NCBI GenBank assembly: GCA_036011085.1
Contig: DASCMS010000088.1
Coordinates: 1,855 to 65,854 of the forward strand
Direction of reading: 5' to 3'
Origin: Candidatus Latescibacterota bacterium
Lineage (GTDB): Bacteria; Latescibacterota; UBA2968; UBA8231
DNA: 64,000 nt
Shown here: one piece after another, positions 49,361 through 58,607 of the stretch
Layout of the letters: every line of letters starts with the position of its first letter
Position numbering within the stretch: the first letter of the stretch is position 1
Notes under the pieces: model-generated
The model's database searches: none
What the model was told of the DNA's origin: nothing
Seen by the model: only the letters and a program-made list of their open reading frames with translations
Translations under genes and position numbers: made by a program

Positions 49361-50725
49361 ATGGAAAGCGCGCCGGCTCAACCCCTCCGCATTCTGCTCA
49401 TCGACGATGAAGCGGAGGTCCGCACAACTGTTGGCGCCATGCTGCAACGCATGGGTCATGAGATAACTACGGCCGACAACGGTGCCGAGGGACTCGCGCT
49501 GTTCGACCGCGCGGGCGCCGACATCATCGTCAGCGACGTGATGATGCCGGGAGTCGACGGCCTCGGAGTGCTGCGCGGCCTGCGCAAACGCGGCGCCGAC
49601 GTCGATGTGATCCTGATTACCGGTCTGGGCACGATGGACACCGCCATCGAGGCCCTCCGCCAGGGCGCCTTCGATTTCCTCACCAAACCCGTACGCATGA
49701 GCGACCTGACGGCCGCGGTGGAGCGCACCCGGCGGTACCAGACGCTGCGGCGCGACCGCGACCGCCTGCGCTCACGCCTGGACAGCCTGCAGCCCAACGG
49801 TCCGATGGTGGTCGGTGAGAGCGCCGCCATGGCCCGGGTCATGGACCTCGTCGATCGTGTGGCCGAAACCGATCATACAACGGTGCTGATCACCGGCGAG
49901 AGCGGCACGGGCAAGGAACTGGTGGCCCACGGAATCCACGACCGCAGCCCGCGCGCCGCCGAGGCATTCATCAGTCTCAACTGCACAGCCGTGCCCGATA
50001 CGCTGTTTGAGAGCGAATTGTTCGGCCACGAGAAGGGGGCCTTCACCGACGCCGAAACGCGCAAGCCGGGCATGTTCGAACTGGGCTCGGGGGGCACCCT
50101 GTTCCTCGACGAGATTGCCGACATGAGTGCCGCCTCGCAGGCCAAGATCCTGCGCGTGCTCGAGGAACGGACGCTGCGCCGCGTCGGCGGTCTACACGAG
50201 ATCCCCGTCGACGTGCGCCTCGTGGCCGCCACGAACCGCGACCTGGAGGGCATGCAGCGCGACGGCACCTTCCGCCAGGATCTCTACTTCCGCCTCAATG
50301 TCTTCACCATCCACCTGCCGCCACTGCGCGAGCGCGGCGAAGACATCCTGCTGTTGGCCGAACATTTCATCGAGCGCTTCGCCCGGGAATTCCGCAAGGA
50401 CCTGTCCGGCCTCGACGAGGACGCTCGCCGACTCCTGGTCGCCTACCCTTTTCCCGGCAACGTCCGCGAGTTGCGCAATCTCGTCGAACGGGGTGTGATC
50501 CTTGCCGATGGCACGCAGCTGACCGGACGGGATCTTTCGGATCTCGCCACATCGACAACAGGTGCAGCCCCAGTCGACGCGCCCCTCGAGCTGGCATCAC
50601 TGGAGGAGGGGGCCATCCGTGCCGCCTTTGAACAGTCCGGCGGCAACCAGACCGAGACCGCACGCCTGCTCGGCATCGGCGTCGATGCTCTGCGCTACCG
50701 GCTGCGCAAGTACGGCTTGCGGTAG
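49361..50725 (+). CDS. Sigma-54-dependent response regulator (NtrC-family bacterial enhancer-binding protein)
   Basis: Trimmed to the ATG at 49361. Receiver domain (LLIDDE...SDVMMPGVDG...TKP), AAA+ domain (GESGTGKE, GAFTDAE, LFLDEI), and C-terminal Fis-type HTH (GNQTETARLLGIGVDALRYRLRKYGL). Confidence 0.9.
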   Translation: MESAPAQPLRILLIDDEAEVRTTVGAMLQRMGHEITTADNGAEGLALFDRAGADIIVSDVMMPGVDGLGVLRGLRKRGADVDVILITGLGTMDTAIEALRQGAFDFLTKPVRMSDLTAAVERTRRYQTLRRDRDRLRSRLDSLQPNGPMVVGESAAMARVMDLVDRVAETDHTTVLITGESGTGKELVAHGIHDRSPRAAEAFISLNCTAVPDTLFESELFGHEKGAFTDAETRKPGMFELGSGGTLFLDEIADMSAASQAKILRVLEERTLRRVGGLHEIPVDVRLVAATNRDLEGMQRDGTFRQDLYFRLNVFTIHLPPLRERGEDILLLAEHFIERFAREFRKDLSGLDEDARRLLVAYPFPGNVRELRNLVERGVILADGTQLTGRDLSDLATSTTGAAPVDAPLELASLEEGAIRAAFEQSGGNQTETARLLGIGVDALRYRLRKYGLR

Positions 50726-50741
50726 CACCCGAACACCCGGC

Positions 50742-50766
50742 CATTTCACCGGCCTTCGGTGAAATG
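50742..50766. promoter_or_regulatory. Perfect 10-bp-arm palindrome (candidate enhancer/UAS, or a terminator-like hairpin)
   Basis: CATTTCACCG-GCCTT-CGGTGAAATG. It lies 17 nt after the bEBP stop, and its centre is about 96 nt upstream of the sigma-54 promoter. No T-tract follows it. Confidence 0.5.
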
Positions 50767-50849
50767 ACGGCATGACCACGCCTCTCCCCGGGGCTGTGTC
50801 TGACTTTCATCCCGTTCCCCTGCTTCGACTTAAGCGTTTGGCCGACCAC

Positions 50850-50865
50850 TGGCACAGGCCTTGCA
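50850..50865 (+). promoter_or_regulatory. Sigma-54 (-24/-12) promoter
   Basis: TGGCAC-AGGCC-TTGCA is an exact match to TGGCAC-N5-TTGCW. It lies 37 nt upstream of the GTG at 50903, which has an AGGAG RBS at 50891-50895. Confidence 0.75.
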
Positions 50866-50902
50866 ATGGGTGACCTGTCCCTCCCCGTTAAGGAGCTAGA
50901 AC

Positions 50903-51313
50903 GTGAAGATCCTGATTGTCGATGACGAGCCTGCGATCACCGAGTTCTTCCACCGGATGGCGACGGTGCGTGGCTTTCACGATGTCGACACGGTCGATTG
51001 TGCCCAGGACGCGGTGACCCGCGTGCTGCAGTCGAGCTATGACCTGATCACCCTTGATGTACGCCTTCCTGGGATCAGCGGCCTCGAGATCATCGCCGTC
51101 GTGCGCAACATGAACCCCCACGCGGTCATCGCCGTGATCTCGGGCTTTATCCCCGACGAGATCCCGGAGGAGGTGATGAGCTGCATTGACGTCCTGCTGC
51201 CGAAGCCGATCAGCGTGGAAACCTTCAATGCCCTGCTCGACGGCGCCCTGCAGCTGGCCGAAACGATGGTAGGCATTCGCCTGCTCGGAGAACCCGCCGC
51301 CGTACTTCGCTGA
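50903..51313 (+). CDS. Stand-alone CheY-like response regulator receiver
   Basis: 136 aa. MKILIVDDEP...DLITLDVRLPGISG...LPKP receiver signature, with no output domain. Confidence 0.85.
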   Translation: MKILIVDDEPAITEFFHRMATVRGFHDVDTVDCAQDAVTRVLQSSYDLITLDVRLPGISGLEIIAVVRNMNPHAVIAVISGFIPDEIPEEVMSCIDVLLPKPISVETFNALLDGALQLAETMVGIRLLGEPAAVLR

Positions 51314-51327
51314 AGGCGGGAGTCCCC

Positions 51328-52464
51328 ATGAACCCGACGATCCAGACCGCCAGCGACGCCATCCTGCGCGAAGGACGGATGACGGAGATCCCTGCCGTCA
51401 GTCCCGACGCCCCGTTGGGGCTGTTCGACGGCGAAGACCGCGACGTCTTCATGCAGGGTGACCTGGCTTTTGTGCATGGCGTCAGAAGCGGGCGTGGAGT
51501 CCTCATCCAGGGCAGTATTCTCGGATCGGCGGCGCAGTCCCTGCGCGTCGAAGCCAAGGGTGATGTCATCGTTACCGGCGCCGTGCGCTACGCCCAGCTT
51601 TCGGGTCGCCGGGTGCTCGTCGGCGGCCGGGCCAGTCACAGCCAGTTCACCGCCTCTCAACAGGTGGCCGTAGGGGACGCTCTCGACGCGGTTCGAGTCA
51701 TCGCCGGTGACTACGAAGATGACAGGCGGTGTATCGAGTCCTGCCGACTGACAAAAGAACAGAGTCAGACGCAGACCGAGTCACTGACGCGCCGCGTATG
51801 CACGGAGGAGAAGCGTCTCGACAAGGCCTGCCGGGCGCTGAGGATTCCGCTGGATTTCAACGTGGGGCGGATCGTGCAGCACGAAGACGGCCGGGTCTGT
51901 GTCGACCTGGGTTCGTTCTACGAATCGCTTGACGGACGGACAGACGAGCAGCTCGAACTGGCCCTGGCCGAGTTTTTCGCCAAGGGTGTCATTGGTGTCA
52001 TAACCCGCGCCAACCGCAAGTACCTGGTCAACTTTCCAGCGCGGGAGAAGGTCTTCATGCAGTTGGTGAAGAGCCTGCGCGAGTTGTTCGAAGCGGTCCT
52101 CGAACGGGACCGGCTACAGCGCCGCGTCGAGTGGCTGGAGGGCCGGCTCGGACAGCTCGTCGACAGCCTCCGCCGACGACGTGCCAGTGTCGAGGTGGGC
52201 GGCGCCATTGCCGGGGATACCTCCATGGAGTTCATTCTCCCCCGGGTCGTCAAGCAGCCGAAGGACGGCGGCTACGACTTCGCTCACCAGACGGCGCGGC
52301 TCGAACTCATATGCGGAGCAGGCGCCATCGAGGTAGTGCCGTGCGGCGCCGACGGAGCCCGCACCTCGACCACGGTAGCAGCCTCCGAGATGGATGGCCT
52401 GCGCTTCGCCGTGGACGACGGGCGCGTGCTCTGGGAGCCCGTCAACGTGGCCGTCAGCGCCTAG
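51328..52464 (+). CDS. Hypothetical protein; FapA/DUF342-like beta-helix plus coiled-coil by eye
   Basis: Repetitive G/V-rich beta-helix-like segment (GDLAFVHGVRSGRGVLIQGSILGS...VEAKGDVIVTGAVRYAQLSGRRVLVGG), followed by helical, charged segments. Only 14 nt downstream of the CheY-like gene. Confidence 0.4.
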   Translation: MNPTIQTASDAILREGRMTEIPAVSPDAPLGLFDGEDRDVFMQGDLAFVHGVRSGRGVLIQGSILGSAAQSLRVEAKGDVIVTGAVRYAQLSGRRVLVGGRASHSQFTASQQVAVGDALDAVRVIAGDYEDDRRCIESCRLTKEQSQTQTESLTRRVCTEEKRLDKACRALRIPLDFNVGRIVQHEDGRVCVDLGSFYESLDGRTDEQLELALAEFFAKGVIGVITRANRKYLVNFPAREKVFMQLVKSLRELFEAVLERDRLQRRVEWLEGRLGQLVDSLRRRRASVEVGGAIAGDTSMEFILPRVVKQPKDGGYDFAHQTARLELICGAGAIEVVPCGADGARTSTTVAASEMDGLRFAVDDGRVLWEPVNVAVSA

Positions 52465-52529
52465 AGCCGCTGCTTGAGCAGCGACGCCGGGCCGACGCCG
52501 CTTTCAACCTTCGGCCCGGTCGAGGACCC

Positions 52530-53102
52530 GTGCGCATCGTCACCGGCCGCCTCCGCGGCCGCATCATCTCCTTCAACCCCAAGCGACACGGTGACATCCG
52601 CGTCACATCGGGACGCCTCAAGGAGGCGATCTTCGATCGGCTGGGGTCGTCGCTGGAGGGTCTCAGCTTCCTCGATGTCTGCGCTGGCTCGGGACAGATG
52701 GCCCTGGAAGCCTATAGTCGTGGGGCGATGGTCACCGCTGTCGAGCCGGATCGACGCCGACGCGACCTGCTGCGCCAGTTGATGCGCGACTGGGGGGTCA
52801 ACCACCTCGAACTGTTGGGGCGACGCGGCCAGGGCGCCCTCACCGACCTGGCCACCGAGGGCCGCCACTACGACGTCATCTACCTCGATCCTCCGTACCA
52901 CGCGCGCCACAACGGGCATCCGCTGTGTGAGGTTCTGCTGTCGGCCGTGGGGCACTCGGGAGTACTGGCTGCCGACGGGGTGCTGCTGGTGCAGCACCCG
53001 AAGGAGATCGATCTGTCGGAGCGGGTCGACGGCCTCGAGCGCAGCCAGCTGCGCCGACATGGCACGACCTTGTTGAGCGAGTATCGCCCGACAGCGGCCT
53101 GA
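52530..53102 (+). CDS. rsmD: 16S rRNA (guanine966-N2)-methyltransferase RsmD
   Basis: Tail of ORF 52131..53102 from the GTG at 52530 (VRIVTGRLRGRII...). Motifs FLDVCAGSGQMALEAYSRGA and VIYLDPPY. Confidence 0.8.
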   Translation: MRIVTGRLRGRIISFNPKRHGDIRVTSGRLKEAIFDRLGSSLEGLSFLDVCAGSGQMALEAYSRGAMVTAVEPDRRRRDLLRQLMRDWGVNHLELLGRRGQGALTDLATEGRHYDVIYLDPPYHARHNGHPLCEVLLSAVGHSGVLAADGVLLVQHPKEIDLSERVDGLERSQLRRHGTTLLSEYRPTAA

Positions 53103-53167
53103 TCCCGCGTTGCGCCGGTGCTGTCTCGCCGCCAGTTTCTGTCCCCACACCCAAGGAGTCGCGCGCA

Positions 53168-54259
53168 GTGAAGATCACCAGCGTCCGGGCCACCGCTGTC
53201 CTGGTACCGAGACCCACGCCCTTCACCAGCAGCCTCGGCACCCACGCCGGCACGGAGAACGCCGTCGTCGAGATCGAGACGGACACGGGTTTCACCGGGA
53301 TCGGTGAAGCGTCGAGCATCTGGGACCGCATGGGACGCGGTTGTGCCGACGACATCAACGGTCCACTGGCCGAAGCCCTCGTCGGCCGCGACCCGACGCA
53401 GATCCGTCTTCTCAGCGATGCCATGGACGCCCTGCTGTCGCCTCGTTCAGCGCCGGCCAGGGCGGGGGTGGAGATGGCACTGTGGGACATTCTCGGCAAA
53501 GCTCTGGACACCCCCGTCTATCGGCTCCTTGGCGGAGCTGTACGCGAACGCCTGCCTCTGTCGCGCTCGCTGTCGATGGGAACGGTGGACGAAGTGCTCG
53601 CTCAGGCCGACGCCCTCGTGGAGGAGGGGTATGGCACGCTGAAGATGAAAGTGGGCCGCAACGCCAAGGCCGATCTCAGCAACCTGTCAGCCCTGCGCCA
53701 GCGATTCCCCCGCGTGATCCTGCGCGTCGACGCCAATATGGCGTGGCCGAATGCGAAAACAGCCGTGCGCCACATCCGCGAGCTGGAGGAATTCGACATC
53801 GAGCTCGTCGAGCAGCCCCTGCACGAACGCGATCTCGAAGGCTTGCGCTTCGTACGCGAATCCGTGGACACGCCTGTCATGGCCGATGAATCGGTGTGGA
53901 CTCCCGCCGACGCCATGGCCTGCGCCCGAGCCGACGCCGCCGACGTATTCAACGTCTACGTCTCGGAGGCCGGCGGGCTGGGGCCGGCGGCTCAGATCTT
54001 CGCCATCGCCGACGCGGCGCGCCTGAGCTGCATCATCGGCAGCATGCCCGAGCTCGGCATCGGCACCGCCGCCCAGGCCCACCTTGCCTTCGCCATGCCG
54101 AACCTCGGCTTCGCCTGCGACGTCAACGGTTGTGTCTACCACGCCGACGATGTCGTCGACCACGGACTGCGCATCGAGAGCGGGTTCATCTACCCGCCAT
54201 CGGGCCCGGGACTGGGTGTGAGTCTGGATCCCGAGCGCTTGGCGAAGTACAGAATCTGA
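53168..54259 (+). CDS. Enolase superfamily enzyme (muconate cycloisomerase / dipeptide epimerase-like)
   Basis: 363 aa. ETDTGFTGIGEAS, VEMALWDILGKALDTPVYRLLGG, LKMKVG, RVDANMAW, VEQP, and ADES. Confidence 0.8.
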   Translation: MKITSVRATAVLVPRPTPFTSSLGTHAGTENAVVEIETDTGFTGIGEASSIWDRMGRGCADDINGPLAEALVGRDPTQIRLLSDAMDALLSPRSAPARAGVEMALWDILGKALDTPVYRLLGGAVRERLPLSRSLSMGTVDEVLAQADALVEEGYGTLKMKVGRNAKADLSNLSALRQRFPRVILRVDANMAWPNAKTAVRHIRELEEFDIELVEQPLHERDLEGLRFVRESVDTPVMADESVWTPADAMACARADAADVFNVYVSEAGGLGPAAQIFAIADAARLSCIIGSMPELGIGTAAQAHLAFAMPNLGFACDVNGCVYHADDVVDHGLRIESGFIYPPSGPGLGVSLDPERLAKYRI

Positions 54260-55014
54260 TGCGCTTCCGCCCCTGCATCGACCTCCACGATGGTCGCGTC
54301 AAGCAGATCGTTGGGGGCTCCCTGCGCGACGATGCCGCGCCGCAGACCAATTTCGAGTCCGTCCTGCCGCCGGCGTACTACGCCGAACTATACCAGCGTG
54401 ACGGTCTGCATGGGGGGCACGTCATCATGCTTGGACCGGGCAATGAGACAGCCGCCACCGAGGCCGTCGGTGCCTGGCCCGGTGGCCTGCAGCTGGGAGG
54501 CGGCATCACCGCCGACAACGCCGCACAGTGGCTCGACCGGGGCGCCGGCGGTGTCATCGCCACATCCTTTGTTTTTTGTGACGGGCAGCTGCAGCGCGAC
54601 AATCTGGAGCGCCTCGTAGCGGCAGCCGGTCGCGATCGGCTCATCCTCGACCTCAGCTGCGCGCCGGCTGACGATGGTCGGTACGTGGTGGCCACGGAGC
54701 GCTGGCAGAAGCTGACCGACTTTGCCGTATCCGCCGCCAACCTCGAGATGCTCGCCACCTGCTGCTGCGAGTTTCTCATCCATGCCACGCAGATGGAGGG
54801 CAGGCAGCAGGGCATCGACGAGCGCCTCGTCTCCCTTCTCGGCGACACCACCCCGCTGCCGACGACCTACGCCGGCGGTGTGCGTTCCATGGGCGACGTG
54901 GACCACATTGAGAAAGCCGGCCAAGGACGACTCGACTATACCGTGGGCAGCGCCCTCGACCTGTTCGGCGGCAGCGGCGTGAAATACGAGGACCTCGTCG
55001 AACGCCACCGATGA
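54259..55014 (+). CDS. hisA: HisA-type ProFAR isomerase, eukaryote-like (His6) subtype
   Basis: Tail of ORF 53896..55014 from the ATG at 54259 (MRFRPCIDLHDGRVKQIVGGSL...). TGATG overlap with the preceding gene. Confidence 0.75.
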   Translation: MRFRPCIDLHDGRVKQIVGGSLRDDAAPQTNFESVLPPAYYAELYQRDGLHGGHVIMLGPGNETAATEAVGAWPGGLQLGGGITADNAAQWLDRGAGGVIATSFVFCDGQLQRDNLERLVAAAGRDRLILDLSCAPADDGRYVVATERWQKLTDFAVSAANLEMLATCCCEFLIHATQMEGRQQGIDERLVSLLGDTTPLPTTYAGGVRSMGDVDHIEKAGQGRLDYTVGSALDLFGGSGVKYEDLVERHR

Positions 55015-55035
55015 CCGAGAGCCCGGCGCGGGGAC

Positions 55036-56382
55036 CTAGCCTGTCTGCGTCAGATACAGATTGACCGCCGTGAAGTTGATGATGACCCAGATCGTCAGCA
55101 TCAGGCCGATCTCCACTGCCAGACCCATCCGCCTCCCCTGCTCCTCCCGCATGGCCAGGTGCAGCACGCCGTAGGCCAGGGGGATCAGCAGCAGGTTGTT
55201 GGCGTTCGCTCCCAGCAGCACGAGCAGGAAGGGCTTCTCCCCTCCCAGCAGGATGAAGAACAACCAGAACGCCGGGAAGGCAGTCTGCAGGATGCGCGTC
55301 CAGCGGCTGCGCCCCTCGTCGCTCTGCACGCCATCCATCCCCGTCTGACAGAGAAAGTCGGCGCCGATGCGTCCCGAACTGGCGGCGAACACCAGCAGTG
55401 TCGAGAACAGCGTACAGAAGGCGCCCACCATGAACACGCCCTTGGCCGCCGGACCCAGGGTTTCGGTAAAGATCAGCGACACCTGCTCGACGACGGCGAT
55501 CCCCTCGGGCTGCATCTGCAGTCGGGACAGTACCGAAGCACCGAGCAGGTAATAGGCGCAGGTGATGACCAGAGCGATGGCGGTGCAGACACCGGCGTCC
55601 ATGGCCAGCACCCGCATCCAGCCTCGGTACCGATCGCGCCACTCGGGGCTGCCGTCGTCGGGACCGATGTTGCGCGGGTAGCCCTTCTCGCGCACCCAGT
55701 AGGGATACATGAAGAGCTCTACGGCCGTGGCACCCACCGAGCCCATCACGGCGAGGGCGACGAAGGCCCCGTCGGGTGGCATGGCGAAGGTGAATCCGGA
55801 CGTGATCTCGGAGAAACTGATGGCGTGGGGTGTTCCCTGCAGTACGAGCAGACAACCGATGACGACGAGGCTGAAAGCCGCCACCAGGACCGTCACCATC
55901 TTCTCCAGATCTTCGTACAGTCCCCGCCAGAGCAGCAGCACCACCAGTGCGAAGACGACGGCGGACCAGATCTTGTAGTGCACGGCGGGGATGACGGAAG
56001 TCAGCAGGCCACCCACGGACCCGAGAATCCCTATAACCGCCGCGAACACGGAGAAGTAGCCGATGGCACACAGCCAGGCCACCCACGACGTGTCGCAGAG
56101 ACGGGGTCCGGGGACGCGGTCGAGGGCGGTGATCGTCGTGTCGTCGTGCAGCAGGCACTGACGGCCCAGTTCCAGCTGGATGAAGTACTTCACCACGCTG
56201 GCAACGATGACACCCCAGAGGAACACGAAGCCCACATCGGCACCCATGCGCGTCGTCACCAGCAACTCGCCGGAGCCCACCACCGATCCGGAAACGACGA
56301 CGCCGGGCCCGATGTTACGCAGCAGGCCACCGATGCCGGTGGGTGCGGGACGCGTGGTACTGCCATCCATCTGACTACTCAT
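55036..56382 (-). CDS. NRAMP-family-like metal ion transporter (divergent)
   Basis: 448 aa, about 11 TM. The N-terminal block NIGPGVVVSGSVVGSGELLVTTRMGADVGFVFLW resembles the NRAMP GPG....DPGN....GA..GY.LLW block. Confidence 0.65.
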   Translation of the reverse strand: MSSQMDGSTTRPAPTGIGGLLRNIGPGVVVSGSVVGSGELLVTTRMGADVGFVFLWGVIVASVVKYFIQLELGRQCLLHDDTTITALDRVPGPRLCDTSWVAWLCAIGYFSVFAAVIGILGSVGGLLTSVIPAVHYKIWSAVVFALVVLLLWRGLYEDLEKMVTVLVAAFSLVVIGCLLVLQGTPHAISFSEITSGFTFAMPPDGAFVALAVMGSVGATAVELFMYPYWVREKGYPRNIGPDDGSPEWRDRYRGWMRVLAMDAGVCTAIALVITCAYYLLGASVLSRLQMQPEGIAVVEQVSLIFTETLGPAAKGVFMVGAFCTLFSTLLVFAASSGRIGADFLCQTGMDGVQSDEGRSRWTRILQTAFPAFWLFFILLGGEKPFLLVLLGANANNLLLIPLAYGVLHLAMREEQGRRMGLAVEIGLMLTIWVIINFTAVNLYLTQTG

Positions 56383-56437
56383 GCAGACGCTCCATAGGCT
56401 GGGGTGATGGTCGGATAAGAAAGGGTCTGTCCCGGGG

Positions 56438-57823
56438 ATGGCTCAAGCGCACTGTCCTGAGGTCCCGGCGGTGGTTATGCTTCGCCCCATGGGCACAGTC
56501 AGCTACTCGAGGTCGATTCCCGTCATCGCCGAACCCGACGTGCTGGTCTGCGGCACTGGACTGGCCGGCCTCGGCGCCGCCGTCGCCGCGGCACGCCAGG
56601 GAGCCTCCGTATGGGCCGTGGATCGGATGGGTTTCGCCGGCGGCTTCTTCACCAATGTCATCGGCTCGGCCTTCGACGGCTTCGTCTTCGAAGAGACGGG
56701 TCGTCCCGTCGTCGGTGGTCTGGTCTTCGAGATGCTCGAACGGATGGGGGTCATCGAGCCGGGGGCCGGCCCCGACCACGCCTACAACGTCAACGGGGAT
56801 TTCACCGAGGTGGAGAAGCATCCCGACCGACTGATCCCCCGCTGCGACCCCGAACGCTTCAAGCGGGCAGCCGACGAGATTCTCCTCGGCGCCGAGGTCC
56901 ACCCTCTGTTTCACACGCAGGTCGCCGACGTGCTTGTCGAGGGCAACCGCGTCGACTCGGTGATCCTGAGCAACAAGGCGGGGCTCGTCGCCGTACGACC
57001 GAAGATGGTGATCGACACCACCGGCGACGGCGATGTGGCCGCCTGGGCAGGGTGCCCGTGGGAGAAGGCCGAGTCCCTGCAGCCCATGGCGCTGCACTTC
57101 CGTATCGATTACGTCGAACTCACCTTCGAGCTGCGCCGCAAATGCGCCGCCGTTCTCGAGCGGGCCCGGGCCGACGGCCGGATCGGACTCTACGGCGGTC
57201 CGTGGCCCGCGACGTTCTCGGGGCGCGACATCTACTTCAACGCCGTGCGCACACCCGGCGACTGCACCGACCCGGAGGACTGGACCCGCGCTGAGATCCA
57301 GGGCCGCGCCGACGCCTGGCGCATGTTTGAATTGTGGCGGGAAGAGCTTCCCGAATTTGCCGACGCCTACTTCTTCACCAGCGGCCCCACAGCCGGCGCC
57401 CGTGAATCCCGGCGTATCGTCGGCGACAGCGTCCTCACCGGCGACGACGTCCGTCAGGCACGGCGTGTTGACGACGTCATCTGCCTGGGCGCCTGGCGCC
57501 TCGACCGACACCCCCAGGACGACGCCGGTTACCACCACATGCCGGTGGTGCCTCCGTACGATATCTCCTACCGCACACTGCTGCCGCAGGGGCTCGACAA
57601 CCTGTGGGTCGCCGGGCGGTGTCACTCGGCCACGTCTGAAGCCCTCGCTTCCAGCCGGGTCACGGCCAACGCCATGGGTATGGGCCAGGCAGCGGGCACG
57701 GCAGCCGCCATGGCCGTGGTCAGCGGTGACGACTCTCGAAGTATCTCCATCCCCGACCTGCAGGACCGCTTGGTCCAGGCCGGTTGCATCCTCGATCCGA
57801 CAATTGCTCTGAAGGAGATCTGA
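56438..57823 (+). CDS. FAD-dependent oxidoreductase (FAD_oxidored-like)
   Basis: Dinucleotide-binding VLVCGTGLAGLGAAVAAARQGASV and C-terminal GRCHSATSEALASSRV. The start may be an internal ATG (56477 or 56489). Confidence 0.75.
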   Translation: MAQAHCPEVPAVVMLRPMGTVSYSRSIPVIAEPDVLVCGTGLAGLGAAVAAARQGASVWAVDRMGFAGGFFTNVIGSAFDGFVFEETGRPVVGGLVFEMLERMGVIEPGAGPDHAYNVNGDFTEVEKHPDRLIPRCDPERFKRAADEILLGAEVHPLFHTQVADVLVEGNRVDSVILSNKAGLVAVRPKMVIDTTGDGDVAAWAGCPWEKAESLQPMALHFRIDYVELTFELRRKCAAVLERARADGRIGLYGGPWPATFSGRDIYFNAVRTPGDCTDPEDWTRAEIQGRADAWRMFELWREELPEFADAYFFTSGPTAGARESRRIVGDSVLTGDDVRQARRVDDVICLGAWRLDRHPQDDAGYHHMPVVPPYDISYRTLLPQGLDNLWVAGRCHSATSEALASSRVTANAMGMGQAAGTAAAMAVVSGDDSRSISIPDLQDRLVQAGCILDPTIALKEI

Positions 57824-57824
57824 C

Positions 57825-58607
57825 ATGACATCTGCATCGACGGGCCGCGTCGCCGGCAAGGTCGCCATCGTCACCGGGGGCGCCTCCGGTATCGGCGAGT
57901 CCACCGCCCTGCGGCTCGCCCGAGAGGGCGCCTCGGTCGCCGTGGCCGACGTGGATGATGCCAATGGCAAGCGCGTGGTCGCCGACATCATCGAAGCCGG
58001 GGGCGAGGCGCTGTTCGTCAGGACCGATCTGTCAAAAACAGCACAGATCCGGCGCATGGTGGAGCGCACGGTGAAGAAGTACGGACGACTCGACATCGTG
58101 CACAACAACGCCATCTGGTTCCGTCACGCGCCGGCTACCGAACTCGACGAGAAGGACTGGGACCTGACCCTGAACGTCGGCCTGAAAGCCGTGTTCCTCG
58201 CCGCCAAGTTCGCTATCCCCGAAATGCGCCGGACCGGCGGCGGCGCCATCGTCAACACGGGTTCCGTCCACTCCCTTGCCGGCTTTGCGACCTGCACTGC
58301 CTACGACTCGACCAAGGCGGGGATCATGGGCCTGACACGGGTGCTGGCCATCGACTACGGGCCCGACATCCGTGTGAATGCGGTCCTTCCTGGTGCCATC
58401 CTTACACCCCTGTGGGACAATCTGAAGGTGCCGCCGAAGGAGCGCCGTCGCTACGCCGCACTGGTCCCGGCTCAACGTCTCGGGACGGGTGAGGATGTCG
58501 CCAATGCCGTGCTCTACCTGGCGTCGGACGAGGCCTCCTTCGTCACCGGAACGTCCCTGACGGTCGACGGCGGGCTGTTATGCGGCGGGGAGAACTACTC
58601 GGGATAG
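57825..58607 (+). CDS. Short-chain dehydrogenase/reductase (SDR)
   Basis: TGGASGIG cofactor motif, NNAI, and catalytic S...YDSTKAG (YxxxK). Confidence 0.9.
   Translation: MTSASTGRVAGKVAIVTGGASGIGESTALRLAREGASVAVADVDDANGKRVVADIIEAGGEALFVRTDLSKTAQIRRMVERTVKKYGRLDIVHNNAIWFRHAPATELDEKDWDLTLNVGLKAVFLAAKFAIPEMRRTGGGAIVNTGSVHSLAGFATCTAYDSTKAGIMGLTRVLAIDYGPDIRVNAVLPGAILTPLWDNLKVPPKERRRYAALVPAQRLGTGEDVANAVLYLASDEASFVTGTSLTVDGGLLCGGENYSG

Noticed and set aside
56375-58114. 579-aa minus-strand ORF
   Set aside because: It is antisense to the FAD oxidoreductase and the SDR, both of which carry clear cofactor motifs on the plus strand.
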